Source: Macrostomum lignano
Lineage: Eukaryota
NCBI GenBank assembly: GCA_002269645.1
Contig: NIVC01000401.1
Coordinates: 186,001-250,000, forward strand
Reading direction: 5' to 3'
Length of the DNA: 64,000 nucleotides
Of this stretch, positions 52,979-64,000 are shown piece by piece (the first letter of the stretch is position 1; each line of letters starts with the position of its first letter). The position numbers and the translations under genes are program-made. The notes under the pieces are model-generated. The model saw only the letters and a program-made list of their open reading frames with translations, was not told the origin of the DNA and did not search any database.

Positions 52979-54580
52979 CAGGGGTTGGCAAACTGTTTTA
53001 CCTCAAAGAAGGGCCAGATGAAGAATCCAGCTCATAGCTGAGGGGCAGGTGAGAGTGGAAAGGAGAGAGAATAAAAGATGTGCGATGAGAGAACATAGAC
53101 GAGGCGAGAGACTGGATGAGAGAAGAGGTAAGAAAGAAGATAAGAGGAGAGACAAGAAGAAAAGGGAGAGGGGAGAGAAGAGGGGGAGAGAGGAGAGAAG
53201 AGGGGGGGAGGGGAGAAAAGAGATAAGAGAAGAGGGGGAGAGGAGAGAGAAGAAGGGGAGAGGAGAGAGAAGAAGGGGAGAGGGGAGATAAGAAAGGAGG
53301 AAGAGGGGGAGAGGGGAGAGAAGAAGGGGAGAGGAGAGAGAAGAAGGGGAGAGGGGAGATAAGAAAGGAGGAAGAGGGGGAGAGGGGAGAGAAGAGAGAA
53401 GAGAAGAAGGAGAGAGGGGAGAGAAGAAAGGAAAGAAGAGGGAGAGAGGGGAGAGAAGAAAGGAGAGAAGATGGGGGAAGGGGAGAGAAGAGGGGGAAGG
53501 GGAGAGAAGAGAGGAAAGAAGAGGGGGTAAGGGGAGAGAAGAGGGGGAAGGGGAGAGAAGAGAGGAAAGAAGAGGGGGTAAGGGGAAAGAAGAGGGGGAA
53601 GGGGAGAGAAGAGAGGAAAGAAGAGGGCGTAAGGGGAGAGAAGAGGGGGAAGGGGAGAGAAGAGAGAAGAGAAGAGGGAGAGAGGGGAGAGAAGAGAGGA
53701 GAAAAGAGGGGGAAGGGGAGAGAAGAGAGGAGAAAAGAGGGGGAAGGGGAGAGAAGAGAGGAAAGAAGAGGGGGTAAGGGGAGAGAAGAGGGGGAAGGGG
53801 AGAGAAGAGAGGAAAGAAGAGGGGGAAGGGGAGAGAAGAGAGGAAAGAAGAGGGGGTAAGGGGAGAGAAGAGGGGGAAGGGGAGAGAAGAGAAGAGGGAG
53901 AGAGGGGAGAGAAGAGAGGAGAAAAGAGGGGGAAGGGGAGAGAAGAGAGGAGAGAAGAGGGGGAAGGGGAGAGGAGAGAAGAGGGAGAGAGGGGAGAGAA
54001 GAGGGGGGAAGGGGAGAGAAGAAAGGAGAGAAGAGGGGGGAAGGGGAGAGAAGAGAGAAGAGAAGAGGGAGAGAGGGGAGAGAAGAAAGGAGAGAAGAGG
54101 GGGGAAGGGGAGAGAAGAGAGAAGAGAAGAGGGAGAGAGGGGAGAGAAGAGAGGAGAAAAGAGGGGGAAGGGGAGAGAAGAGAGGAAAGAAGAGGGGGTA
54201 AGGGGAGAGAAGAGGGGGAAGGGGAGAGAAGAGAGGAAAGAAGAGGGGGTAAGGGGAGAGAAGAGGGGGAAGGGGAGAGAAGAGAGAAGAGAAGAGGGAG
54301 AGAGGGGAGAGAAGAGAGGAGAAAAGAGGGGGAAGGGGAGAGGAGAGAAGAGGGAGAGAGGGGAGAGAAGAGGGGGGAAGGGGAGAGAAGAAAGGAGAGA
54401 AGAGGGGGGAAGGGGAGAGAAGAGAGAAGAGAAGAGGGAGAGAGGGGAGAGAAGAAAGGAGACACAAACCTTGACCCAGCCAGATTGCTATTGTGAAGTT
54501 TCAAAGGACCCGGATAAAGGGCCGGATAGACAGGCTTTGCAGTCAGCATGCGGCCCGCGGCCCGAGTTCGCCTACCCCTG
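52979..54580 (-). mobile_element. Charlie-like hAT MITE, inverted, with about 1.4 kb expanded GA-rich array
   Basis: Ends CAGGGGTTGGCAAAC ... GTTCGCCTACCCCTG; flanks GACTAGAG / GCTTAGAG (6/8); subterminal sequence is the reverse complement of the 50759 copy. Confidence 0.8.
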
Positions 54581-54647
54581 GCTTAGAGAGCTCTAGACCT
54601 CCTTATGTGCGCACAATGTCAGGCAATGTCTTTGCTCTCGCTTTCAG

Positions 54648-55061
54648 CCCATCGGCGCCCTGAACCCGTCGCGCAAGGCCTTCTTCGACGAGCGCTACGC
54701 TAGCTGGGACGACGACGGGCAGCCGGCGTTTCACTACGGCACGCACTACTCAACATCAGCATTTGTGCTGAACTATCTGATCCGGCTGGAGCCATTCACC
54801 AGCATGTTTCTCAACCTGCAGGGCGGCAAGTTCGATCACGCCGATCGAATCTTCCACTCCGTGGCCACCACCTGGAAGAATTGCCAACGGGACACGTCAG
54901 ACGTGAAAGAGCTAATACCAGAGTTCTACTACCTGCCTGATATGTTTGAGAATAGCAACAGGTATCAGCTTGGCGTCACCGACGACAAGCAGCGAGTTGA
55001 CGACGTTTCGCTGCCGCCCTGGGCTAAAACTGCCGAAGATTTCGTCCGGTTGAACCGCATG
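54648..55061 (+). CDS. nbea: NBEA exon, BEACH domain core
   Basis: PIGALNP...FHYGTHYS...[11 protein letters not shown]...[13 protein letters not shown]...LPPWAK...FVRLNRM; 138 codons. Confidence 0.96.
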
Positions 55062-55199
55062 GTACGGAAGGCTTTTACTGAACTCTAATTAGCGATAGGG
55101 GCGTAGCCCCCATGGCGCCATTTTATTTCACTATGGCGCCAGTTTATTTGACTAGGGCGCCATTTTTTATCAGCTATGGCGCCATTTTGTTTGACAAGC

Positions 55200-55920
55200 C
55201 TATCGATGACTCACTCTAGTGGCCAATAAGCGGCAAAGATTGTCGATGACTCACTCTAGTAGCCAATAAGCGGCCAATACTGTCAATGACACTCTAGTAG
55301 CCAATTAGCGGCTAAGATTGTCTATGACTCACTCTAGTAGCCAATGAGCGGCTAAGATTGTCGATGACTCACTCTAGTAGCCAATGAGCGGCTAAGACTG
55401 TCTATGACTCACTCTAGTAGCCAATGAGCGGCTAAGACTGTCTATGACTCACTCTAGTAGCCAATGAGCGGCTAAGCCTGTCTATGACTCACTCTAGTAG
55501 CCAATTAGCGGCTAAGATTGTCTATGACTCACTCTAGTAGCCAATGAGCGACAAAGATTGTCTATGACTCACTCTAGTAGCCAATAAGCGGCAAAGATTG
55601 TCTATGACTCACTCTAGTAGCCAATAAGCGGCCAATACTGTCTATGACACTCTAGTAGCCAATTAGCGGCTAAGATTGTCTATGACTCACTCTAGTAGCC
55701 AATGAGCGGCAAAGATTGTCTATGACTCACTCTAGTAGCCAATAAGCGGCCAATACTGTCTATGACACTCTAGTAGCCAATTAGCGGCTAAGATTGTCTA
55801 TGACTCACTCTAGTAGCCAATAAGCGGCCAATACTGTCTATGACACTCTAGTAGCCAATTAGCGGCTAAGCCTGCCTATGACCCATTCTAGTAGCTAATT
55901 AGCGGCTAAGCCTGACTCAC
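55200..55920. repeat. 38-40-bp minisatellite
   Basis: Unit about TGTCTATGACTCACTCTAGTAGCCAATGAGCGGCTAAGAT. Confidence 0.93.
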
Positions 55921-55954
55921 TAGTAGCAAACAGACAGCAACTGAATTGATATAA

Positions 55955-56473
<519 letters not shown>

Positions 56474-56899
56474 TAGTATTAATTGCTGGCTTTTTTATAC
56501 TATTATTTCTTTTTAACTTATAGTTTCTTCAGTTTATTAGGCAATACAGCTTTGTGAAGTTTATAACTAATAAATTGTTACTAACTGGATTGCTGTTAGT
56601 CTACGCATATTGTGCGGATCGCGATTAAAGCAGTTCAAGTTGTTAGATAAATTGTTATAGGAAGAGACAGGGAGTTAGAGAAGAGAGAGAGAGAGCGGTA
56701 TGTGAAAAGGAAATGGAGAGGGGAGGAAGGTAGGGTGAGAGTCTGAAAGGCGGAGAGGGAGAGATGTACGATCATAGAGGTAAGGATGAAGGGGGAGAAT
56801 GGTAGAGGTGAGAGAGGGAGAGAGGAATAGTGAGAGAGAGAGGAAGAGAGAGGGGGGGGAGGGCACCTCCAATCTCAAGCACTGACACGGTAACGGTAG

Positions 56900-58520
56900 A
56901 AAGGACTGAAGAAAGGTGAGAGAGGGAGAGAGGAATGGTGAGAGAGGGAGAGAGGAATGTTGAGAGAGGGAGAGAGGAATGGTAAGAGAGGGAGAGAGGA
57001 ATGTTGAGAGAGGGAGAGAGGAATGGTGAGAGAGGGAGAGAGGAATGTTGAGAGAGGGAGAGAGGAATGTTGAGAGAGGGAGAGAGGAATGTTGAGAGAG
57101 GGAGAGAGGAATGGTGAGAGAGGGAGAGAGGAATGGTGAGAGAGGAATGGTGAGAGAGGGAGAGAGGAATGGTGAGAGAGGGAGAGAGGAATGTTGAGAG
57201 AGGGAGAGAGGAATGGTGAGAGAGGGAGAGAGGAATGGTGAGAGAGGGAGGGAGGAGTGGTGAGAGAGGGAGAGAGGAATGTTGAGAGAGGGAGAGAGGA
57301 ATGGTGAGAGAGGGAGAGAGGAATGTTGAGAGAGGGAGAGAGGAATGTTGAGAGAGGGAGAGAGGAATGGTTAGAGAGGGAGAGAGGAATGGTGAGAGAG
57401 GGAGAGAGGAAGGGTGAGAGAGGGAGTGAGGAATGGTGAGAGAGGAATGGTGAGAGAGGGAGAGAGGAATGGTGAGAGAGGAATGGTGAGAGAGGGAGAG
57501 AGGAATGGTGAGAGAGGGAGAGAGGAATGGTGAGAGAGGGAGAGAGGAAGGGTGAGAGAGGGAGTGAGGAATGGTGAGAGAGGGAGAGAGGAAGGGTGAG
57601 AGAGGGAGAGAGGAATGTTGAGAGAGGGAGAGAGGAATGGTAAGAGAGGGAGAGAGGAAGGGTGAGAGAGGGAGAGAGGAATGGTGAGAGAGGGAGAGAG
57701 GAATGTTGAGAGAGGGAGAGAGGAATGTTGAGAGAGGGAGAGAGGAATGGTGAGAGAGGGAGAGAGGAATGGTGAGAGAGGAATGGTGAGAGAGGGAGAG
57801 AGGAATGGTGAGAGAGGGAGAGAGGAATGTTGAGAGAGGGAGAGAGGAATGGTGAGAGAGGGAGAGAGGAATGGTGAGAGAGGGAGGGAGGAGTGGTGAG
57901 AGAGGGAGAGAGGAATGTTGAGAGAGGGAGAGAGGAATGGTGAGAGAGGGAGAGAGGAATGTTGAGAGAGGGAGAGAGGAATGTTGAGAGAGGGAGAGAG
58001 GAATGGTTAGAGAGGGAGAGAGGAATGGTGAGAGAGGGAGAGAGGAAGGGTGAGAGAGGGAGTGAGGAATGGTGAGAGAGGAATGGTGAGAGAGGGAGAG
58101 AGGAATGGTGAGAGAGGAATGGTGAGAGAGGGAGAGAGGAATGGTGAGAGAGGGAGAGAGGAATGGTGAGAGAGGGAGAGAGGAAGGGTGAGAGAGGGAG
58201 TGAGGAATGGTGAGAGAGGGAGAGAGGAAGGGTGAGAGAGGGAGAGAGGAATGGTGAGAGAGGGAGAGAGGAATGGTGAGAGAGGGAGAGAGGAATGGTG
58301 AGAGAGGGAGAGAGGAATGGTGAGAGAGGGAGAGAGGAATGGTGAGAGAGGGAGAGAGGAAGGGTATAAGAGATGGAGAGGAAGGGTGAGAGATGGAGAG
58401 GAAGGGTGAGAGATTGAGAGAGGAAGGGTGAGATTTAGGGGTGAGAGGAAGGGTGAGAGAAGGAGAGAGGAAGGGTATAAGAGAGGAAGAGGAAGGGTGA
58501 GAAAGGGAGAGAGGAAGGTG
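56900..58520. repeat. 22-bp purine-rich minisatellite
   Basis: Unit GAGAGAGGGAGAGAGGAATGGT; source of the 622-aa ORF. Confidence 0.95.
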
Positions 58521-58668
58521 AGATTTAGGGGTGAGAGAAAGAATGAGAGTGTCAGGATGTGTCAGGAGGAGTGTCAGGAGGACAGAGAAGCAGGCAGTGT
58601 GCGAGCATCTCAAAATTTGATCTGATCGAATTCCGCCCACCCCGCCGTCGCTCCCCGGTCCGTTTCAG

Positions 58669-58674
58669 CTTTCA
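58669..58674 (+). CDS. Candidate 6-nt NBEA microexon (CTTTCA)
   Basis: C-rich tract + TTTCAG, 6 nt, then perfect GTAAGT; symmetric phase 1-1, fitting the preceding exon; no homology support. Confidence 0.4.
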
Positions 58675-59288
58675 GTAAGTGAAAAGCATCGGTGCGGGCC
58701 GCAAGCAAGCCGCACTGTTGTTGCTTTTAGAATTTGTCGCAGAAATTTCACTGGGTTGCAGATCAGAAGTTTTTGAATTTCGGTGTTTAATGATTAGTTG
58801 GTCCATTGTTATAGTGCGTTAGTAATTTTATTACCTATGCATATTAATATTATAAGTATTGTTAGTATTTTTATTAACACCTGTTATATTGATTGTACTT
58901 TTAAACATCCTTGCTTGGTCCTGGGATGCGTGAACTGTGCAAATGAAGTCATAAAACGTTTATAATATGCTAAAGGTTAACTGTATTATTAACTGCCAGC
59001 CTTTTACACGCTTGCGTTTTTAAGGTTATTTTGTCAACTAGTATAATACTGTCTTAATTTGGTGTCTGACATAGCTATTATTATTAGTGCAATCAATTTT
59101 CTAGTGCATGATGGTGTACAGGTATACGTAATATTTTTAAATTATCGATATTCGTAATTAATTAACTAATGTGAATTTTACTAGTTTAATTGCTGTCTTA
59201 TCGAGGTGATTAGCATAAGTACTATTATTGGAGTTGTAGTAGCCATATAAAGATAATTTAAACCCTAAAAATAAAAAATAAGATTTAC

Positions 59289-59520
59289 GACCTTGACACC
59301 CTAGATTCCAACTTGACCTTGACACCCTAGATTCCAACTTGACCTTGACACCCTAGATTCCAACTTGACCTTGACACCCTAGATTCCAACTTGACCTTGA
59401 CACCCTATGTTCCAACTTGACTTTTTTGACACCCTAGATTTCCAATTGACTTTGAACCTAGATTTCAACCTGACCTTGACCCTCGATTCCAACTTAACCT
59501 TGACCCCGGATTATAGAGTG
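59289..59520. repeat. 26-bp minisatellite
   Basis: Unit GACCTTGACACCCTAGATTCCAACTT. Confidence 0.88.
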
Positions 59521-59892
59521 ACCTTGACCGCCACACTCTCAGCTAGTCTTGATCTCAGCTTCCCTCCTGACATTTGCCCAAGCTTAAGCACTCGACACTT
59601 GGCAATTATCGACGCTGGCACGGACATTCTAGCTCGTAAATCAGTGGTGTTTGCCCCGTTAGTCAGCCGCACTGAGAGCATGCCGTAACTATAATAGCTT
59701 CCATACTAAAACAGCCGCCTCTGAACTGTCAATAAATATGTATATTCAATTAATCACATATTTTTGCTAGTAATTAATCTTCATGCATGCTAGTGTTATT
59801 ACTTGTAGTTTTTTAGGTTGATAGTTTTTGTTTTATTGATGAGTAATTTTTTCAAGATTAAAAAGTACGTCTGTACAGACACCTGCAAAGCA

Positions 59893-60480
59893 TACAGTGT
59901 ACCAATATCGGTACATCCATCCTGTACAGTGTACCAAAGTCGGTACATCCATCCTGTACAGTGTACCAATATCGGTGAATTCATCCTGTACAGTGTACCA
60001 ATATCGATACATCCATCCTGTACAGTGTACCAATATCGGTGAATTCATCCTGTACAGTGTACCAATATCGGTGAATTCATCCTGTACAGTGTACCAATAT
60101 CGGTGAATTCATCCTGTACAGTGTACCAATATCGGTGAATTCATCCTGTACAGTGTACCAATATCGGTGAATTCATCCTGTACAGTGTACCAATATCGAT
60201 ACATCCATCCTGTACAGTGTACCAATATCGGTGAATTCATCCTGTACAGTGTACCAATATCGATACATCCATCCTGTACAGTGTACCAATATCGGTGAAT
60301 TCATCCTGTACAGTGTACCAATATCGGTGAATTCATCCTGTACAGTGTACCAATATCGGTGAATTCATCCTGTACAGTGTACCAATATCGGTGAATTCAT
60401 CCTGTACAGTGTACCAATATCGGTGAATTCGTCCTGTACAGTGTACCAAAGTCGGTACATTCATCCTGTACAGTGTAGCA
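59893..60480. repeat. 32-bp minisatellite
   Basis: Unit TACAGTGTACCAATATCGGTGAATTCATCCTG. Confidence 0.94.
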
Positions 60481-60676
60481 GTACCAGTCGGCCTTGATGC
60501 GCACCAAATAGCATAATTAAAGTGACTAAAGCTATCTTCTTGCTGTCTCAAAGCCGCCCCAGTTTCGTTAGGTTTCGTTCATTAAAAAATTTTCGTTAAC
60601 CGCTCCATTCTTCTCATTCGTCTCGTCATCATCCGTTAATTGCCCGCCGCTAATCTCACCACCTCCACGGCGCCAG

Positions 60677-60817
60677 CTATGAAAAAACGGGAGCAGGCCC
60701 TCGCCGCCAGCACCGCCGCCGCGGCCGCCTGCGCTGCCAGCGCCAAAGCGGCCTCCGCCGCTGCTTCCGCTTCCACTTCCGCTGCCGCCGCCGCCGCCGC
60801 CGCGGCCACCCCAGGTG
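60677..60817 (+). CDS. Candidate Ala-rich NBEA exon between BEACH and WD40 (MKKREQALAASTAAAAACAASAK...ATPG)
   Basis: CTAAT branch-like site, C-rich tract, CAG acceptor, GTAGGT donor; 141 nt, phase 1-1, open, GCC-rich codons like the polyAla in the 27567 exon. Confidence 0.6.
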
Positions 60818-60929
60818 GTAGGTGTTCTAATAGGCGTGCCTTAAACCCCTACCCATCTTCTCAACACTGACGGCTTGTTCTGCGTACGAGCGTATATTCT
60901 TCAGATTTCATACAACTCGTGTGTTGCCA

Positions 60930-61330
60930 ATGTATCGGGAATGTGTCAGATTCTATGGGAATGTATCAGGAAGGTGTCATTCTAGGGGAATGTATCGGGA
61001 ATGTGGTCGGATTGGGAATGTATCGCGAATGTGTCAGATTTGAAATGTATCGGGAATGTGTCAGATTCTATGGGAATATATCGGGAATGTGTCAGATTTG
61101 GAATGTATCGGGAATGTGTCAGATTCTATGGGAATATATCGGGAATGTGTCAGATTCTATGGGAATGTATCAGGAAGGTGTCATTCTAGGGGAATGTATC
61201 GGGAATGTGGTCAGATTGGGAATGTATCAGGAATCTGTCGGATTCTATGGGAATGTATTGGGAATGTGTCAGACTATGGAAATGTATCGGAATGTGTCAG
61301 ATTCTGTTGCAATGTACAAATGCGTCAGTA
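60930..61330. repeat. Degenerate about 31-bp minisatellite
   Basis: Unit about ATGTATCGGGAATGTGTCAGATTCTATGGGA. Confidence 0.85.
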
Positions 61331-61759
61331 ATGTGTTCAGTATATGTCGTCATGCTGGACCATGTCTGTCAATGTGTGTGCATATTAAAAGCACTTCAAC
61401 CAATACCGAAAATGAGTCTAACAACCACTATAGATTATATTTAAACTATCACAGGATTTTCCTTCGAAACTTTAGCCATTTCAACGCGTGTGCTTATTTT
61501 GCGTGTGTTGGCTCTGACCCGCACCTGAGAAATGTATAATCACTTTGCTTTTTCGTCAATACTTTCTATAATAATTTCGCCTATCTGTCTCTTACCTGTC
61601 TGTCTGTCTGTCTGTCTGTCACCTTTCTGTCTTAATTTCAATGTCTGTCAATTTAATCATTTTTGGAGCCAGCTGTTACAAGCTAATAGATTAAGGATTG
61701 AGGACTGAATGATTAAAGACTTGAGGATTCTGAATGTGTTAAATGTGCTAAAGAATTGA

Positions 61760-62410
61760 GGACTGAGGACTGAAGGACCGAGGACTGAAATATTGAGGAC
61801 TGAAGGACTGAGGACTGAGGGATTGAGGACTGACGACTGAAGGACTGACGACTGAAGGACTGACGACTGAAGGACTGACGACTGAAGGACTGACGACTGA
61901 AGGACTGACGACTGAAGGACTGAGGACTGAGGGATTGAGGACTGAGGACTAAGGGATTGAGGACTGAGGACTGAGGGATTGAGGACTGACGACTGAAGGA
62001 CTGACGACTGAAGGACTGACGACTGAAGGACTGACGACTGAAGGACTGAGGACTGAGGACTGAGGGATTAAGGACTGAGGTCTGAAGGGCTGAGGGCTGA
62101 GGGATTGAGGACTGAAGGACCGAGGACTGAAATATTGAGGACTGAAGGACTGAGGGATTGAGGACTGAGGACTGAAGGACCGAGGACTGAAGGACCGAGG
62201 ACTGAAATATTGAGAATTGAAGGACTGAGGACTGAGGGATTAAGAACTGAGGACTGAAGGACCGAGAACTGAGGACTGAAGGACCGAGAACTGAGGACTG
62301 AAGGACCGAGGTCTGAGGGGATTGAGGACTGAGTACTGAAGGACCGAGGTCTGAGGGGATTGAGGACTGAGGACTGAAGGACCGAGGACTATCGGAGTGG
62401 GGACCGAGGA
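61760..62410. repeat. 7-8-bp compound array (GAGGACT / GAAGGACT / GACGACT)
   Basis: Direct reading. Confidence 0.9.
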
Positions 62411-63059
62411 CAAGAATTGAAATTAATTAAATGTATAGCTGCTGGTGAAAAAATATTCCAATATTACTACTATTTTATTCTTATTGCCGCATTCCTGCAT
62501 CTCTCTGACGAAACCTTTGTGCCCAGTCTAAATCTCTGTGTGTGAATATATACGAGTCCTATTGTCAAACAATGTAAAGCCTTGATAGGTTGTTACAGAC
62601 AATCAATCTTTATAAGTCTCAATAGTTTTCTGTTAGCCTATCCATCAATTTCTATCTATATCGTGTGCCGTGGTACTACTATATATATACTCGTATATAT
62701 AAATGTGTATATATGTATGCATTTTTTCTGTAGATTTTTGTCTTTCAACTGCAACTTATAGATTTTTAATTGTAACAAAATTTCAAATCCAACATTTAAA
62801 CATTTCATTGAATAAAATAAGTTTACCCGAATTCCTAAAAACAGTGTTCACCTAAGATTGCATGTTAATTATATATTAAATATTTCTATATTATTCCAGA
62901 ATTTTAATGTTAAAGTCGCCACTAAGTCGGTTGACATGAAATACCCTTTTTAATACTGCCTATCACACAATGTTATTACTCATTCGCACAAATGTTTGCA
63001 GATTTTATTCACCCAGGATAAGAAGCTGGACTTCTGCTTCTGGATATACTCAAGGCAGA

Positions 63060-63830
63060 CAAAGTCAGGAGAGCTAGTCATGAGTCAGGAGAGCTAGCCA
63101 TGAGTCAGGAGAGCTAGCCATGAGTCAGGAGAGCTAGTCATGAGTCAGGGGAGCTAGTCATGAGTCAGGAGAGCTAGCCATGAGTCAGGAGAGCTAGTCA
63201 TGAGTCAGGGGAGCTAGTCATGAGTCAGGGGAGCTAGTCATGAGTCAGGAGAGCTAGCCATGAGTCAGGAGAGCTAGCCATGAGTCAGGAGAGCTAGTCA
63301 TGAGTCAGGAGAGCTAGTCATGAGTCAGGAGAGCTAGTCATGAGTCAGGGGAGCTAGTCATGAGTCAGGAGAGCTAGTCATGAGTCAGGAGAGCTAGTCA
63401 TGAGTCAGGAGAGCTAGTCATGAGTCAGGAGAGCTAGTCATGAGTCAGGAGAGCTAGTCATGAGTCAGGAGAGCTAGTCATGAGTCAGGAGAGCTAGTCA
63501 TGAGTCAGGAGAGCTATTCATGGGTCAGGAGAGCTAGTCATGAGTCAGGGGAGCTAGTCATGGGTCAGGAGAGCTAGTCATGGGTCGGGAGAGCTAGTCA
63601 TGAGTCAGGAGAGCTAGTCATGAGTCAGGAGAGCTAGTCATGGGTCGGGAGAGCTAGTCATGAGTCAGGAGAGCTAGTCATGGGTCAGGAGAGCTAGTCA
63701 TGAGTCAGGAGAGCTAGTCATGGGTCAGGAGAGCTAGTCATGAGTCAGGGGAGCTAGTCATGGGTCAGGGGAGCTAGTCATGAGTCAGTAGAGCTAGTAA
63801 TGAATCAGGAAAAGTAGTAACAAGTCAGGT
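63060..63830. repeat. 20-bp minisatellite, about 38 copies
   Basis: Unit AGTCAGGAGAGCTAGTCATG. Confidence 0.95.
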
Positions 63831-64000
63831 GACCAATTAATGAGTCAGGAAAACTAGCAGTGAGTCAGAGGAATCAGTAATGACTCAGTAGAACTGTTAG
63901 TACGTCAGTGAATCCATCGTCAGTTACAAAATCTTTTACAGAATCAGAAAAAAACATTTACGCAATATATGCATATTTCTACTGTCTATTAAAGGACATT

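Noticed and set aside
55097-55200. AGGGGCGTAGCC MITE-like end followed by four GGCGCCA repeats; also a Tc1-like end at 36767
   Set aside because: No matching opposite terminus or TSD found for either.
59560-59690. Possible exon (AIIDAGTDILARKSVVF)
   Set aside because: No phase-compatible acceptor/donor pair with credible signals and no WD40 similarity.
63010-63065. Possible exon after CCAG (DKKLDFCFW)
   Set aside because: The phase-1 reading hits TAA at once, and there is no donor before the array.

Overview
Animal genomic DNA, organism not identifiable from sequence alone. The minisatellite-rich introns and Ala/Gln/Gly-run-rich exons resemble a free-living flatworm such as Macrostomum, which is only a low-confidence guess. 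Almost the whole window is the interior of one + strand gene, a neurobeachin/LRBA (NBEA, rugose, sel-2) family BEACH protein. I trace 19 phase-consistent GT-AG exons from 242 to 56417 (5725 nt, about 1908 codons), covering the ConA-like, ARM/DUF4704, DUF1088, PH and BEACH regions. The start and the WD40 C-terminus lie outside the window. Two further candidate exons follow: a 6-nt microexon at 58669 and an Ala-rich exon at 60677. The largest intron (34085-51511, 17.4 kb, inside the PH domain) holds an intronless mab-21 gene on the opposite strand, the known nested Mab21/NBEA pair. Nearly every intron carries its own minisatellite. There are also three copies of a tRNA-headed CORE-like SINE (one split by a MITE with a 9-bp TSD) and three Charlie-like hAT MITEs carrying CT-rich arrays. 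All long ORFs other than NBEA exons and mab-21 are repeat artefacts. No clearly new biological system is demonstrable; the best leads are the microexon, the nested-gene regulatory landscape and the intron/minisatellite architecture.
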